Assembly: GCA_951406725.2 (NCBI GenBank)
Contig: OX597827.1
Coordinates: 40,238,001 to 40,302,000, forward strand
DNA length: 64,000 bases
Source of the DNA: Octopus vulgaris
Taxonomy: Eukaryota
Direction of reading: 5' to 3'
Shown here: piece after piece, positions 53,270 to 64,000 of the stretch
Numbering within the stretch: position 1 is the stretch's first letter
Layout: every line of letters starts with the position of its first letter
Notes under the pieces: model-generated
What the model was told of the DNA's origin: nothing
The model's input: the letters and a program-made list of their open reading frames with translations, nothing else
Database searches by the model: none
Made by a program: the position numbers and the translations under genes

Positions 53270-53539
53270 ATGAAGTCGCTAGCAACGGGTATGAACGGGG
53301 TAGTTTCTGCCACCATTTGTGATAAACCTTGTTGTTCTTTGCCTCTGTCGATTCAACTGCCTCCTCCACCACACTCTGTCGCCTCTAATACCACCACCAC
53401 TGTTCCTCCGTTAATAGCTTTCGCCGCTGCCACCATTCCCATTGCGTCCATCAGTCTCAGTAATACAAGCCACATCAGCATGCCACCAGCGATAACAACC
53501 GCTGCTGTTGCCCCTTGTTTGCAGACCCTGTTGTTTTGA
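53270..53539 (+). CDS. Putative 89-aa uORF
   Basis: ATG 2 nt after a candidate acceptor tttttcag (53268); GC-richer block in AT-rich surroundings; Pro/Thr/Ala-rich. Confidence 0.25.
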   Translation: MKSLATGMNGVVSATICDKPCCSLPLSIQLPPPPHSVASNTTTTVPPLIAFAAATIPIASISLSNTSHISMPPAITTAAVAPCLQTLLF

Positions 53540-53805
53540 TTAAGCATTTTAACAACAAACCCTCCATAACATATACTGGGCACTTGCCATTCCCTCCCTT
53601 CCTTATTTTCTTTCTAAACCTCTATTTTCTCCTTTCTTTTATGGGGGTGTGTGTTATCATGTGAAATGAGTTATATAAATATGTATAAATAAATGAATGT
53701 AATTTATCTATATATATTTTAGTGTATATTGAACAGTTTTCTTCAGAATGACATCATAAAAGGAATTGGGATTTGTGTTCGAAAAAAAAAAAAATTGTAG
53801 GAAAA

Positions 53806-53985
53806 ATGACGAAGTCGCATTTTGAAGCAGACCTTTCGGTGGGTCTGTCTATTTTGCGAAGAACTCATTATATTGTCCATGGGCTTGTTGATGATTTCGG
53901 TGTCCCATCTCCACCACCATCACATTCGTCAGTCCTAATAGCATCACTAATTACTTCTCTTTTCTTTCCTTTAGAATCTTGTTGA
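53806..53985 (+). CDS. Putative 59-aa uORF (MTKSHFEADLSVGLSILRRTHYIVHGLVDDFGVPSPPPS...)
   Basis: AAAATGA start (A at -3); complex, protein-like sequence island; candidate acceptor ttttcttcag at 53746 upstream. Confidence 0.3.
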   Translation: MTKSHFEADLSVGLSILRRTHYIVHGLVDDFGVPSPPPSHSSVLIASLITSLFFPLESC

Positions 53986-55438
53986 GTAAATATATATATA
54001 TATATAATTTTTTTCATGATAGAGTGTACAATAGACGTGTACATGTATAATAGAAATGTGTGAGCATGAAATAGTTGTGTGAATAGGTTGGAAGTTCATA
54101 AATGATTTGAAGTTTCTTTGGGAAAGATATATTTTTGAAAAGAAAGAAAAAAAGTGGGTTAAAGAAAAAAAAAAATTAAAATGTATTTTTTGTTAATGTC
54201 ATTTTATTAATATCATACTATTGTGAAAAAAAATCTACAAAAAAATGTATTAGTGATGCAAAATATAGATTTTGTTGTGTTCGTGAAGGTGAGAATTTTT
54301 TTTTAAACCTCACAAAAATCCAATTAAATATATATATATATATATTTAAAAATGTAGATTTATAATATGAAAAAACCCCACAAATATTTGTATGTTAGTT
54401 TGTAAAAACTAAAAAAAAAAAAAATATATATATAAATATAAATCTACACAATCCCATATTCCCTTTTTCCATTCCTTTTCTCTGCTGAGAAAACCAGTAT
54501 GTTTAAGTCTACATGTATATAATACTAAATGACTTGACTATTGGGCAAAAAGAGTTATATAAAATATATCTGCGGTATGGATATAATAAGGGCTGAAAAT
54601 CTTGTTCTAAACTAAAACAGGTGACAACTATGGCAAATACTTAGGAAATATTGAAAGAGAAAAGGGAGAAAAAAAAAAGCACCAGCACAGCTTTTTTTTC
54701 CTGAAAAATTTGGTTCAGACCAAAAAGTTTTCAATAATTACAAAAATAAAAAAATTCTTTAGGTTTTTAGATGCTTTGATGAAGGGACAGGAGTTAAAAG
54801 AAAAGAAGAAAACCCAGAATTAAAAATATACAAATCACTGATAGTGTTAACATAGTTTGTCAAATAAGATGGAAGAATGATTAAAAGAAATTAAGATAAT
54901 TTTTGAGGTGATATTGGGCACGAGAATTAAGTCTTCAATTGGTACAAGCACGACTACAACAAGTCGATACTGTACAAGTTAAAAGTTTTTGTAGTCTTGG
55001 AGTGAAATTCCATTGGCTATATATGATTATCTTCTCCAAGTAAGGTTCTATTTGAAACTACTTCCCAATATTTCATAGATTGCAAACTTTTTTTTTTCAA
55101 AGATTGTTGTTGACTCCTGTAGTACAACAGTTTTAATTTTTTTCCTTGGTTCTCATTTTTTTTGTTTTCAATTGTCAGCAAATCCCCTACATAAAGAAAA
55201 GGAAAACGAATTACTTTTAATGATTTTTTTTTTCCACAGTGTGTATAAGTTAATCTACAGTTAATTTATTTGATCTCATTCTATTCCCATTCCTTTTGTC
55301 ATCAACAGTTTGTTAATCATCTTAGGTGTCTATAGTTATAAGTTTTCAAGCTCATCTCTCCTTAGTGCTATAATAGGTTTCATCCTGTTGTTGAGGAATC
55401 ATATAGTTTAAATAAAAAGAAAAGAGAAAACCAGTAGG

Positions 55439-55567
55439 ATGGGGGATTCCTATACACGCAAGCAGACGGCTGTGAACCGGCTGAGGCATCGACTGAGAAA
55501 GAAACGAGAATCTTTGGCAGATCATTTTGACTTCAAAATGTACATTATGTTCCATTTCAAAGACAAG
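55439..55567 (+). CDS. C6orf62: C6orf62 orthologue (DUF4566), first coding exon
   Basis: [43 protein letters not shown] closely resembles the human C6orf62 N-terminus as recalled ([43 protein letters not shown]); AGGATGG start; donor AAG|gtatgt; 129 nt; later exons not found in the window. Confidence 0.9.
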
Positions 55568-55729
55568 GTATGTATCAGTTTTTTAATTTAAATTTTTTAA
55601 ACATTTCTAGTTTTGTAATCACTAATTTGATGTTTTTAGAGCCCAAACATGATTGCAACAGTTAAATTTGTTATTTATATTTCAGAAATGTATGTTCATT
55701 ATGATTTATCGTTGTCTCCAATAAACACC

Positions 55730-56030
55730 ATTTGAGTGTTGGGCCTCATGGAGGCAGTGACAGGTGACAGACCTTTGGTGATATACTGTACTTGTGTAGA
55801 CCTGTCAAGCCAAGTGAGACTGTAGTCGTGGCCGATGTCAATGGCATCTGTGCTGGTGGCATATAAAAAACACCCACTATACTCTTGGAGTGGTTGGCGC
55901 TAAGGTTAATCCAGCTGTAGAAACCTTGCCAAATCAGACCAGAACTTGGTGCAGCCCCTGGTTTACCAGTTTTCAGTCAAACTGTTTAACTCATGTCAGC
56001 ATGGAAAACAGATGTTAAATGATGATGATT
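55730..56030 (+). mobile_element. RTE-family 3' UTR fragment
   Basis: Matches 46820-47140; ends 'cagcatggaaaacagatgttaaatgatgatgat'. Confidence 0.75.
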
Positions 56031-56566
56031 ATTGTGTGCTAAAGGCAACAAACTGGCAGAAAGGTTAACATGCCAGGCAAAATGCTGCTAAGCATTTTGC
56101 CCATCTTCACATTCTGAGTTCAAATTTTGCTGGAGTTGATTTTGCTTTTCAGGATCAATAAAATAAGTACCAGTTGAGTACTGGGGTTGATGTAATTGAC
56201 TTATGCCCACCCCACCGAAATTTGAAACCAATATTATTGTGGACTGAAGAAAGAGATTTTGTTTTTGCCCCCCTAATTTATTTCTTAGAAAGTATTTGTA
56301 TTCAAAGCAGAAGCCACACAAAGCAATGATGGAACTTCTGTACAGTGATTCAAATTACTCAACATAGCAGCCAAGTATGCTCTTACACACTTTTAGTGCC
56401 TGTAAAATAGGAGCTTCTATGTACTTATTGAAATTGTTGGTTGGGCCATAATGATGGGACAGTTATGTAATAAATATATTTGTTATTCTGTCATTTTTGT
56501 AATCCAAGATACTAGCATTTAAAATGTCCCATTGATATGGTCTACCCTGTATATATGTATTATTTA

Positions 56567-56601
<35 letters not shown>

Positions 56602-56689
56602 TTTTATAAAGCAACTAAACAACTCAGATTGAAGGCTTTTGATCTGACCATCAGCATTTTTGATCATCTTTCTGCTGTTGCCCCTACTG

Positions 56690-57620
56690 TATATGCTGAT
56701 GGGAAAGCATTAAAAAACTGTTTCTTCCTTCACTTATCTTGATTCTATTGTGTCCAGTGATGCTAAGATGGATAAAGAAATCAAGCCCAGAATTGTGGAG
56801 GATAGCTCCACTTTCAATAAGCTTTATCACAGGCTTTGGAACAGTTACAACATGTTGAATGTGGAAGTTGGTGTTTATCAGTTGGTAGTCATGACAACAT
56901 TGCTTTATGGTGTTGAATCTTGGACTTTCTACTGGAAGTGCATCAAGCAGCTCGATGCTTTTCATATGTGATGCTTGTGTACTATCTCTAACATAAAACC
57001 GAGTGACCATATTCATAACAATGAGGTACTAAGAAAATGCAACATTTAAGGTATTGAAGCCATCATCAAAATACAACTTAGATGGTCAGCATCTCTCACG
57101 TATGAATATCAGGATTCCAATGCAACTTCTCTTTGGCCAATTTCTAACAGGAACGTCTATTGGAAGGCCTCTCTTGCACTTTAAAGACAAACTAAAAGAC
57201 AATCTGAAGTGATGCCACATTCCTTTTTCTTCCTGGGAAAACAAAGCATCGGAATGCAGGATCTGGTGCCAGTCTTGCTTCTCCTCAACTCAAAGATATG
57301 AGCAAAGTTGACTGCAAAATTGGGACCAACTTCATGCAAGCATGAAGACATGCTGGCAGAACACTGCTCCTCTAAATGAAAACCTTACCTGTCATTGTGG
57401 TTTTGTGGCATGAAGCAAAGCAGGCCTTGCCATTCACTCAAGAAACCCATTGTAAATGACCTACAGTCACTCAAGCAAATTGAGTTCTCAACTCATTCCA
57501 TCTGCCAAAAGGTTTGCAAGGCACCTGCAGGCCTCAAGAGACACATTTGTGTCCATAGAACATGATTAACACTTTATTTTACTGAACCATCATTTGTTGT
57601 TCACAAGAGAATCCATCATC
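56690..57620 (+). mobile_element. RTE (BovB-like) LINE 3' fragment, distinct family
   Basis: VVMTTLLYGVESWTFYWKCIKQLDAFHM, NNEVLRKC, QLRWS and terminal Cys/His motifs (ICQKVCKAPAGLKRH); stops present. Confidence 0.75.
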
Positions 57621-58119
57621 TGTATGTATGTAAACTTTTACAAATTGTTAACCATGAGTTAACTTGTAGTGATTATAGTTGCCAGGTGTGTCCCTAGTAT
57701 CATTAGATATAAGAACAAGTAAGGTAAAATAGTGAGACAGTTTACAATAGAAGAAAGGAGGATGATTCAGGACTACCATTTATATTATGTAATGTCTTTC
57801 TACTCTAACTTTACAAAAATATAGTTACTGCTTTGATAAAGAGTTCTCTAAGGTTGGTACTTAATTTTTATGTAGCCTTAGATTATTTGAATCAGTAGTT
57901 GTTTAGACATAAGTTATCTGTGAATTAGGGTTTTGCATCCTTTTAAATGTATCTAAGACTACATGTGTGACGGTTATTTTGAACAGATCAAGTAACCATG
58001 TAGTGACTCCCTCATTGGCTTGTTAGAAGTAATAGTAGAATGTGGTAATGGCTGAAATCACAATGTTAGTATGTTGTTCTTTTTTTTTAAAAATTTGTAG
58101 CTTTCAGTCTATCACAACT

Positions 58120-58672
58120 ATTTACCATCCATGTTGGCATGAGTTGACCAGAGCTGGCAATTTGGAGAGCTGCACCAGGCTCCAGTCTAATTTGGCATGA
58201 TTTCCCTTCCTAATGTAGATAACTTTACGGAGTGTGCTGAGCACCGCACAAGCGCATTTACATGGCACCAGCACAGAACTTTTGCAGGTCGATTCTCTTC
58301 ACTAGGGTGACTGTGAAGCACAGGTCTTGAGTACAGCAAGGCACGAGGCATCTTGGTCCTTAGTCATGTCATCTCGCCTGTAAGGTTCAGCGTCTTGAGG
58401 TTGTATTTCAGTAATTTGCCCCATGACTTCTGGAGTCTTCCCACTTCCACCGTTCCATTTACTTTGGGAGGTTGGCACTTCTTTATGGAGCTGTTGGCAT
58501 CCATCTGCATCACATAGCCAAACCAGTGCATTCTTTCTTCCACACAGCATCTAATTCCTCTTATGCTTAACTTCTCTTTCAATACACTAGAACTCTGTTG
58601 AACATGTACATTTACATTAAGCATTCAGCAGAGAAACTAGCCTCAATCCTTTCCCATCTTTGCATCTCCTCT
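58120..58672 (-). mobile_element. RTE-clade LINE 3' fragment
   Basis: LKEKLSIRGIRCCVEERMHWFGYVMQMD plus the family 3' UTR. Confidence 0.8.
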
Positions 58673-59903
58673 ACATTCAGGGATCATGTCTCACTACCAT
58701 ATTTCTTGTTTTTATTGCACTACTTACTGCGGCTAAGTGGGCCTTGAAGAGTGTAGTGTTTTGTTTCGGTTTTGTATTTTCAATTGTATAATAATTGAAT
58801 AATAATAGGGAGGGAAGTGACCCAACCCCCCACCTAATTTGCTGAAAGGTGAGAGAGATGAGAATGCTCCAAATGAATGGGATTACTTCAAAGTGCACTT
58901 ATTTTCTCATAACAGTTTAGAACGGTGACTTGTGGAATAATTAATCTCTCTTATTTAAAGAGACAAACAGTTTTTGAATTCCTGAATCAGGAGCTCAGTA
59001 TTTCATTCATTCTTGTTCTCCATTTCTGAGAGTAAATAGAGCTAACTTCCATTTTTTTCATTTGAATGTGGTAAATGGAATTAAGTTTTTGTAAAATCAA
59101 AGTAAGAGATTGTAACAGAAAAAACAAAACAAAACCAAAAAAAACAAACTTGGATAACATAATTAAAACTTAGTTTAGTCCTTCTGCATTAAGTTATTGA
59201 AGAGTTGGAACAGTGTCCATGATCTTTTGTGGTCTTTCTCATACTGGTGAGACTGATATTTGCTTTGAATCCAACCTGAGTTTGAATGTTAATTCCAAAG
59301 TTTCAATCTTAGGGAAGTTTTGGGGGAGTGTTTAATATGAGATCTGAGAGGGGTGTCTAAGTGAAGAGGTGTGTAGATAACTAGATTCAATGGAGTAGAG
59401 GCTTTGTAGTCTGGCAGAAGCAGAAAGGAAGAAGCTTTTCTGTAATATAGAGATAGTGATATGTTGGGGAATGAATTTTTTACTAATCAGTCAAATGATC
59501 ATTTGAATGTAGTCAAGGATGTGTGTATTAACGTAGCAAGAACACTCTCCAATCTTATATCTGTGAAGTTTCTGTGAGAGGTCTCTGCTGACAAAAGAAA
59601 AAGCTGCCATTTTCTTATTGTTTTGTTAGTAGGTAAACTAAATTAATCAATAACATTTTCCTAGTATTGCTGATTTAAACCTTTTGTTACCATATTTGTG
59701 ATAATATAGGCTGCCTTTGTTTCAATTGATTTTTAAAATAAATAAGAATTTAGTAAAGTAACTTGCTAACTTTTAAGCTGGGGTCTGGAACAATTTAGCA
59801 TAAAATTTTGACAGATTATAATTTAGATCATCTTAAAAGATTAAGTTTATTATAGAACTTGGGGTGGTCTGAGGCAGGTTGATATCAAAAGGGTTATTGT
59901 ATA

Positions 59904-59967
59904 AGTACATCAACATATTGTGAGTGGTACAAAATTAAGCAGACCACTCACAATATGTTGATGTACT
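59904..59967. repeat. Perfect inverted repeat (25-bp arms, 14-nt loop)
   Basis: agtacatcaacatattgtgagtggt (59904-59928) / accactcacaatatgttgatgtact (59943-59967). Confidence 0.95.
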
Positions 59968-60469
59968 CATTATGCTCTTACAAATGATAGATGAAGTGAG
60001 TAACATTTAAACTACGCATACTTTATCTGGCTGACTTCTAAATGGAATAGAGTTGTCTATGAGAATCTGGTGTAAAATATATTACCTTAATAAATCCATC
60101 CAGTGGTTAAACGATGCTGTTTTGGGCCAACAGAAAACAAAAAAAAAAATGTTCTGTGTAGACTTTTGGAAAATTGGAACATTGAAAATCATTGCATACT
60201 TTATTTACAAAAATATGAAAGAAACCATGAAAAAAACGTCTATGAGTTTATAAGCCTAATTACACATACACACAAGACTTTTTTTTAAAGAGATATTTTC
60301 ATTGTGTGTAAAATTTAACTGAGTAGATGACTTGTATATTTTTCTTTTAGTTGTGAGATCTTGTAACTGGTATTTAGCAGTGAAACCCAGCTGGTGTCTG
60401 CAGACGGTCTTACTGTGAATGCTAATAAATCTGTTTCCTGGAGTATTGCTTGCATAATATTGGTTTCAA

Positions 60470-60675
60470 ATTTTGGCATAAGGTCAGCAGTTTTGGAGGA
60501 GGGGCCTATTCGATTAAATTGACATCAATGCTCAAATTACATTTATTTTATTGACCCTAAAAGGATGAAATGCAAAGTCGACCTTGGTGGAATTTGATCT
60601 CAGAATGTAAAGATGGACAAAATGTCACTAAGCATTTTCCGTCATGCTAATGACTATACCAGTTTGCTGCCTTAT
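60470..60675 (-). mobile_element. SINE (second family), degraded
   Basis: Core 'aaaggatgaaatgcaaagtcgacc...ggaatttga.ctcagaa'. Confidence 0.7.
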
Positions 60676-62829
60676 TGGGTGTGTATTAACTTGTGAGAAA
60701 GATTGTATAGTGGAGAAAGTGATATGGCTTCTGAAGTCAGATTTATTTACTGAGGGCAAGAATCATTTTGGTGTGGAATACAATGTGAATCAGTAGTGCA
60801 TGATGGGCTAGCCATATTAGGTATAGGCTATAGAAAATTTGAAATGAAGTAATTTAGGTTAGAAGTGAATGTTGCTTTACAAATGATGCACTGCAGATCC
60901 ATCCAAACCATGATGATATGGAGCCCTCACTTTTCTCTTTCATTTTTCTATAGTTGCACTTGTTTATTTATTATGCAACCTTAAAGTAAAAAACCTCATA
61001 TCTAGTTAGCAAAATTCACTTTCACACTTTAAATTCTTCCAAAGTGCTAGTTCTCAGCTTTCATCTTTGTCAGATGGGATATACCCTTAAGAAACCTTGT
61101 TTTGTATGTGACATAATATAGGTTTTAGGGTGTTGGACTCATGATTGTAAGATTGTAGCTTCGATTCTTGGATAGGATGATGTGTTGTTGAGCAGAAAAC
61201 ATTTCATGTTGCTCCAGTCCACTCAGCTGGCAAAAGTGAGTAATCCTTTGAGGGACTGGCATCCTGTCCAGTTAGGGAATACACACACCATGGAAACTGG
61301 GAAATTGGTCCTATGAATCTATATGACTCAGGGAAGAGCTTTACTTTTTTATTACTAATATAGGTTAAGCCATTCCCTCTGGCTTATTCATTCAAAATAC
61401 CTGAGCATTTTACTTAATTGTCTAAACATTGTCATATCTTCAGTTATATATTTTCTTTTTCTCACTTAATTGATAAATGGCTCTAAATGGTACTTGGCTT
61501 GAGGAAAGCTGTAAAAACCTCAGGATGTTCAAATGATTTGATGTGGCTCTTCTGTTGCTATGTGTATAAAATTTGTTTTTACTGACATACATTGACTTTG
61601 AGCTGATCTGATACCAAACAGAAAGTGGAATATTTTGTGATATTTGTACTTCATGTATGTTCACAAACACTAATAAACTGATAACAAAATTCAGTTTCAC
61701 TGTATCTAAGTTATTTTCAAGTTGGGTGTAACTTAAGAACAGAACCAGTTGTTGACTGTTTGCAAATAATGAGATTAACCTGTAGCACAGGGTGTTAATA
61801 TAAGAACAGCAGCTATACTGGCAGTAGTGGTGGTTGTTTAGGTCCAGGTCAGTTCTTATCATAAACACACTTATGATCAAATTTGTTCCAGCTGTGACCA
61901 TTTTTATTCCAGACATAGTGTATTCATGAGTGTATTATTTATATATTTCCTATCTTTTAAAGATGATTGTGTTATCTGAGTTAGGTTTGGCTATTATTTC
62001 AGGCAAGGTGATTGATCATATTAGAAACTTCATTGGTCTATGCTACTTTGGTGCATATGTGAAAGGATGGTGCATCCTTTGTTGAAAAAAAAAGTGCCTA
62101 TATATTTTATGATAAAGTATACATTTAAGACAAGGTAGTTTGCACTTCATTCTTATTAGAATGAAGAAAGGCTTGATTATTGAAAAGGTATCGTTTTGAG
62201 ATGTATAAAAATATTTTTTTACTGACTTGCCTATATATTTCTACCAGTGAAATAGCAAAATGAACATGAGGAGACCTAGTTCTCCTTACATTTAGTACTT
62301 AATGTTATTCTTTATTGTTGGGTAATCTTTTATCAAAGATGTCTTAGCTTTTTCCAAACATAGTATAAACTGTTATTGTGTATGCTCTCCTTTAATGACA
62401 ATATGGTGTGTTTGTGGGACATTTGTTTGCTATTTCTAACAACTTGAGTGGTTATGTAGTCACACTTCATTGGTTTGTCACAGTTAAGAAAGTAGTTGAT
62501 TTATTTTGAGATTCATAGGCATGTATTGGGTCTCTTGCTAGTTAGACATTATATGCAAAGGTTGAATGAAGAAATGTGACAAAAGAGAGATTGGTGTAAA
62601 AGGCAAGCCACTTGAATGAGAGAATTCACTTTGTTTTATAATATTGTCCAGAGATTGACTACATTGAAATTCAGTGAAGCTTCAGCTTCTAATATGGTGA
62701 ATTTGTACCTAAACTCCAACTTGAAATACAGGAATGTAATAGCTACCAAGCTATTATCACTGCTAAGGACTTCCTGTCTGTCTCCTGATGTCTGCCTGGT
62801 TACATTGCAACTATTATGAATTTCTCACA

Positions 62830-63160
62830 GTGGGTACTTTTACTGACCTCATGCCGGTGGCATGTAAAAAGCACCATCCGATTGTGGCTGTTGCCAGCCT
62901 CGTCTGGCCCCCGTGCCGGTGGCATGTAAAAAGCACCATCCGATCGTGGCCGTTTGCCAGTCTTGTCTGGCACCTGTGCAGGTGGCACGTAAAAAGCACC
63001 CACTACACTCACAGAGTGGTTGGCTTTAGGAAGGGCATCCAGCTGTAGAAACAGTCAGATCAGACTGGGCCTGGCACAGCCTTCTAACTTCCCAGACCCC
63101 AGTTAAACCATCCAACCCATGCTAGCATGGAAAACGGACGTTAAACGATGATGATGATGC
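62830..63160 (+). mobile_element. RTE-family 3' end with internal ~62-bp tandem subrepeats
   Basis: Three 'ggtggca(t/c)gtaaaaagcacc' units, then the tail 'ccaacccatgctagcatggaaaacggacgttaaacgatgatgatgatg'. Confidence 0.8.
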
Positions 63161-63313
63161 TGTTTATGCTCCTTTGTGTATTTGTTTTCCTTATTATTAT
63201 ATTAGTATAAATATGTCATAATCTGATTTGATACCTGTTGTTTGCCTTCTATTATATATATATATATTCAAATATGAATATGAAGCAGCCTGAGGGATAT
63301 AAACAATATTGAT

Positions 63314-63791
63314 CACACATACACAAGGTATGTGTTTTGCAAATTCATGGGCAGGCTGCAAGTTATAGGCACAAGAGAATATATGCCTGTTAATTTGCCT
63401 GTTGTTAGAACTCCTGGAAGTCATAGGCAAGTAAGATAACTTGCATCAGCTCCTGTTGCAGGAGCAGTAGACATTATTTACTCATTTTTGTGACTTGCCA
63501 GGTGCAAGCTAAACTGCTGTCTGTTACTATATGCAGGTAAGAACCCTATATTGGTATGTCCCTTGGTGATTTAGCTTGTGTTTGGCCTCATTCGAGTATG
63601 TGGTATTGACAAGTTAGAAAGATAACAAAATATTTTCTACTGCTCTTGCAATGGCACCTGATGCAAGTTATCTTGCTTGTCCATCACTTTCAGATGTTTT
63701 AATACCAGGTGGATTCATTAGAATATATTCTCTTATGCCTATAAATTGCAGCCTGCCCATGAAATGGCAAAACACATCTTGTGTATGTGTG
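63314..63791. repeat. Long imperfect inverted repeat (fold-back)
   Basis: 63314-63385 is the reverse complement of ~63721-63791; 63428-63480 of ~63627-63680; 'caagctaaa' (~63505) of 'tttagcttg' (~63570). Confidence 0.85.
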
Positions 63792-64000
63792 TGGTGTTTG
63801 ATATATTTATGTGTATTTGTTTTAATTTTCATGGCCACTGTTCCATGCTAGCATGGGTGAGATGAATATATTATTGAGGCGTTGTTCTACAATCAGATAC
63901 CTTTCCTGTTGCTAACCCTTGTTTTTCAAGTAAGAGGTCACTTTTTCCATGTGTCTTTAAAAGTACAAAAGCCAGCAGATGATTTGTTGGCAGGGGAAAT

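Noticed and set aside
54869-54982. MEE-TGA followed by an in-frame open stretch, suggesting readthrough or selenocysteine
   Set aside because: The context TGA-TTA is not the canonical readthrough motif, no SECIS was recognised and the peptide is unremarkable.
61440-61916. 158-aa minus-strand ORF
   Set aside because: No recognisable domain or splice structure; it starts in a degraded repeat and is probably chance.
62830-63000. Regularly spaced 'ggtggcatgtaaaaagcacc' repeats resembling a CRISPR array
   Set aside because: The spacers are similar to each other, the motif belongs to the RTE 3' UTR seen at 44080 and 46790, the context is eukaryotic and no cas genes are present.

Overview
AT-rich, repeat-dense eukaryotic genomic DNA. 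The SINE and RTE repeat landscape looks like an octopus (coleoid cephalopod) genome; this is an inference. Three recognisable host genes are present: (1) a p24-gamma/TMED3-7 cargo receptor on the minus strand (exons 1-2 seen, last exon not found in the window); (2) a complete two-exon RPS3A on the minus strand with TOP/TCT start, E-box and poly(A) signal; (3) the first coding exon of a C6orf62 (DUF4566) orthologue on the plus strand, which the ORF track misses. The rest is mostly decayed RTE, CR1 and Penelope retroelements, tRNA-derived SINEs, two mariner elements and several MITE/Helitron-type elements. The most unusual structure is the ~3.8 kb stretch upstream of the C6orf62 start (about 51650-55440). 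It lacks recognisable transposons and carries a chain of same-strand ORFs: a 270-aa Kozak-initiated ORF, 34-, 89- and 59-aa ORFs, and a putatively spliced 39-aa hydrophobic ORF that stops 27 nt before the main ATG. This suggests a multi-uORF or polycistronic leader. Downstream, in the presumed C6orf62 intron, lie a perfect 25-bp pre-miRNA-sized hairpin and a ~480-nt fold-back. All family assignments come from motif recognition by eye, with no database search.
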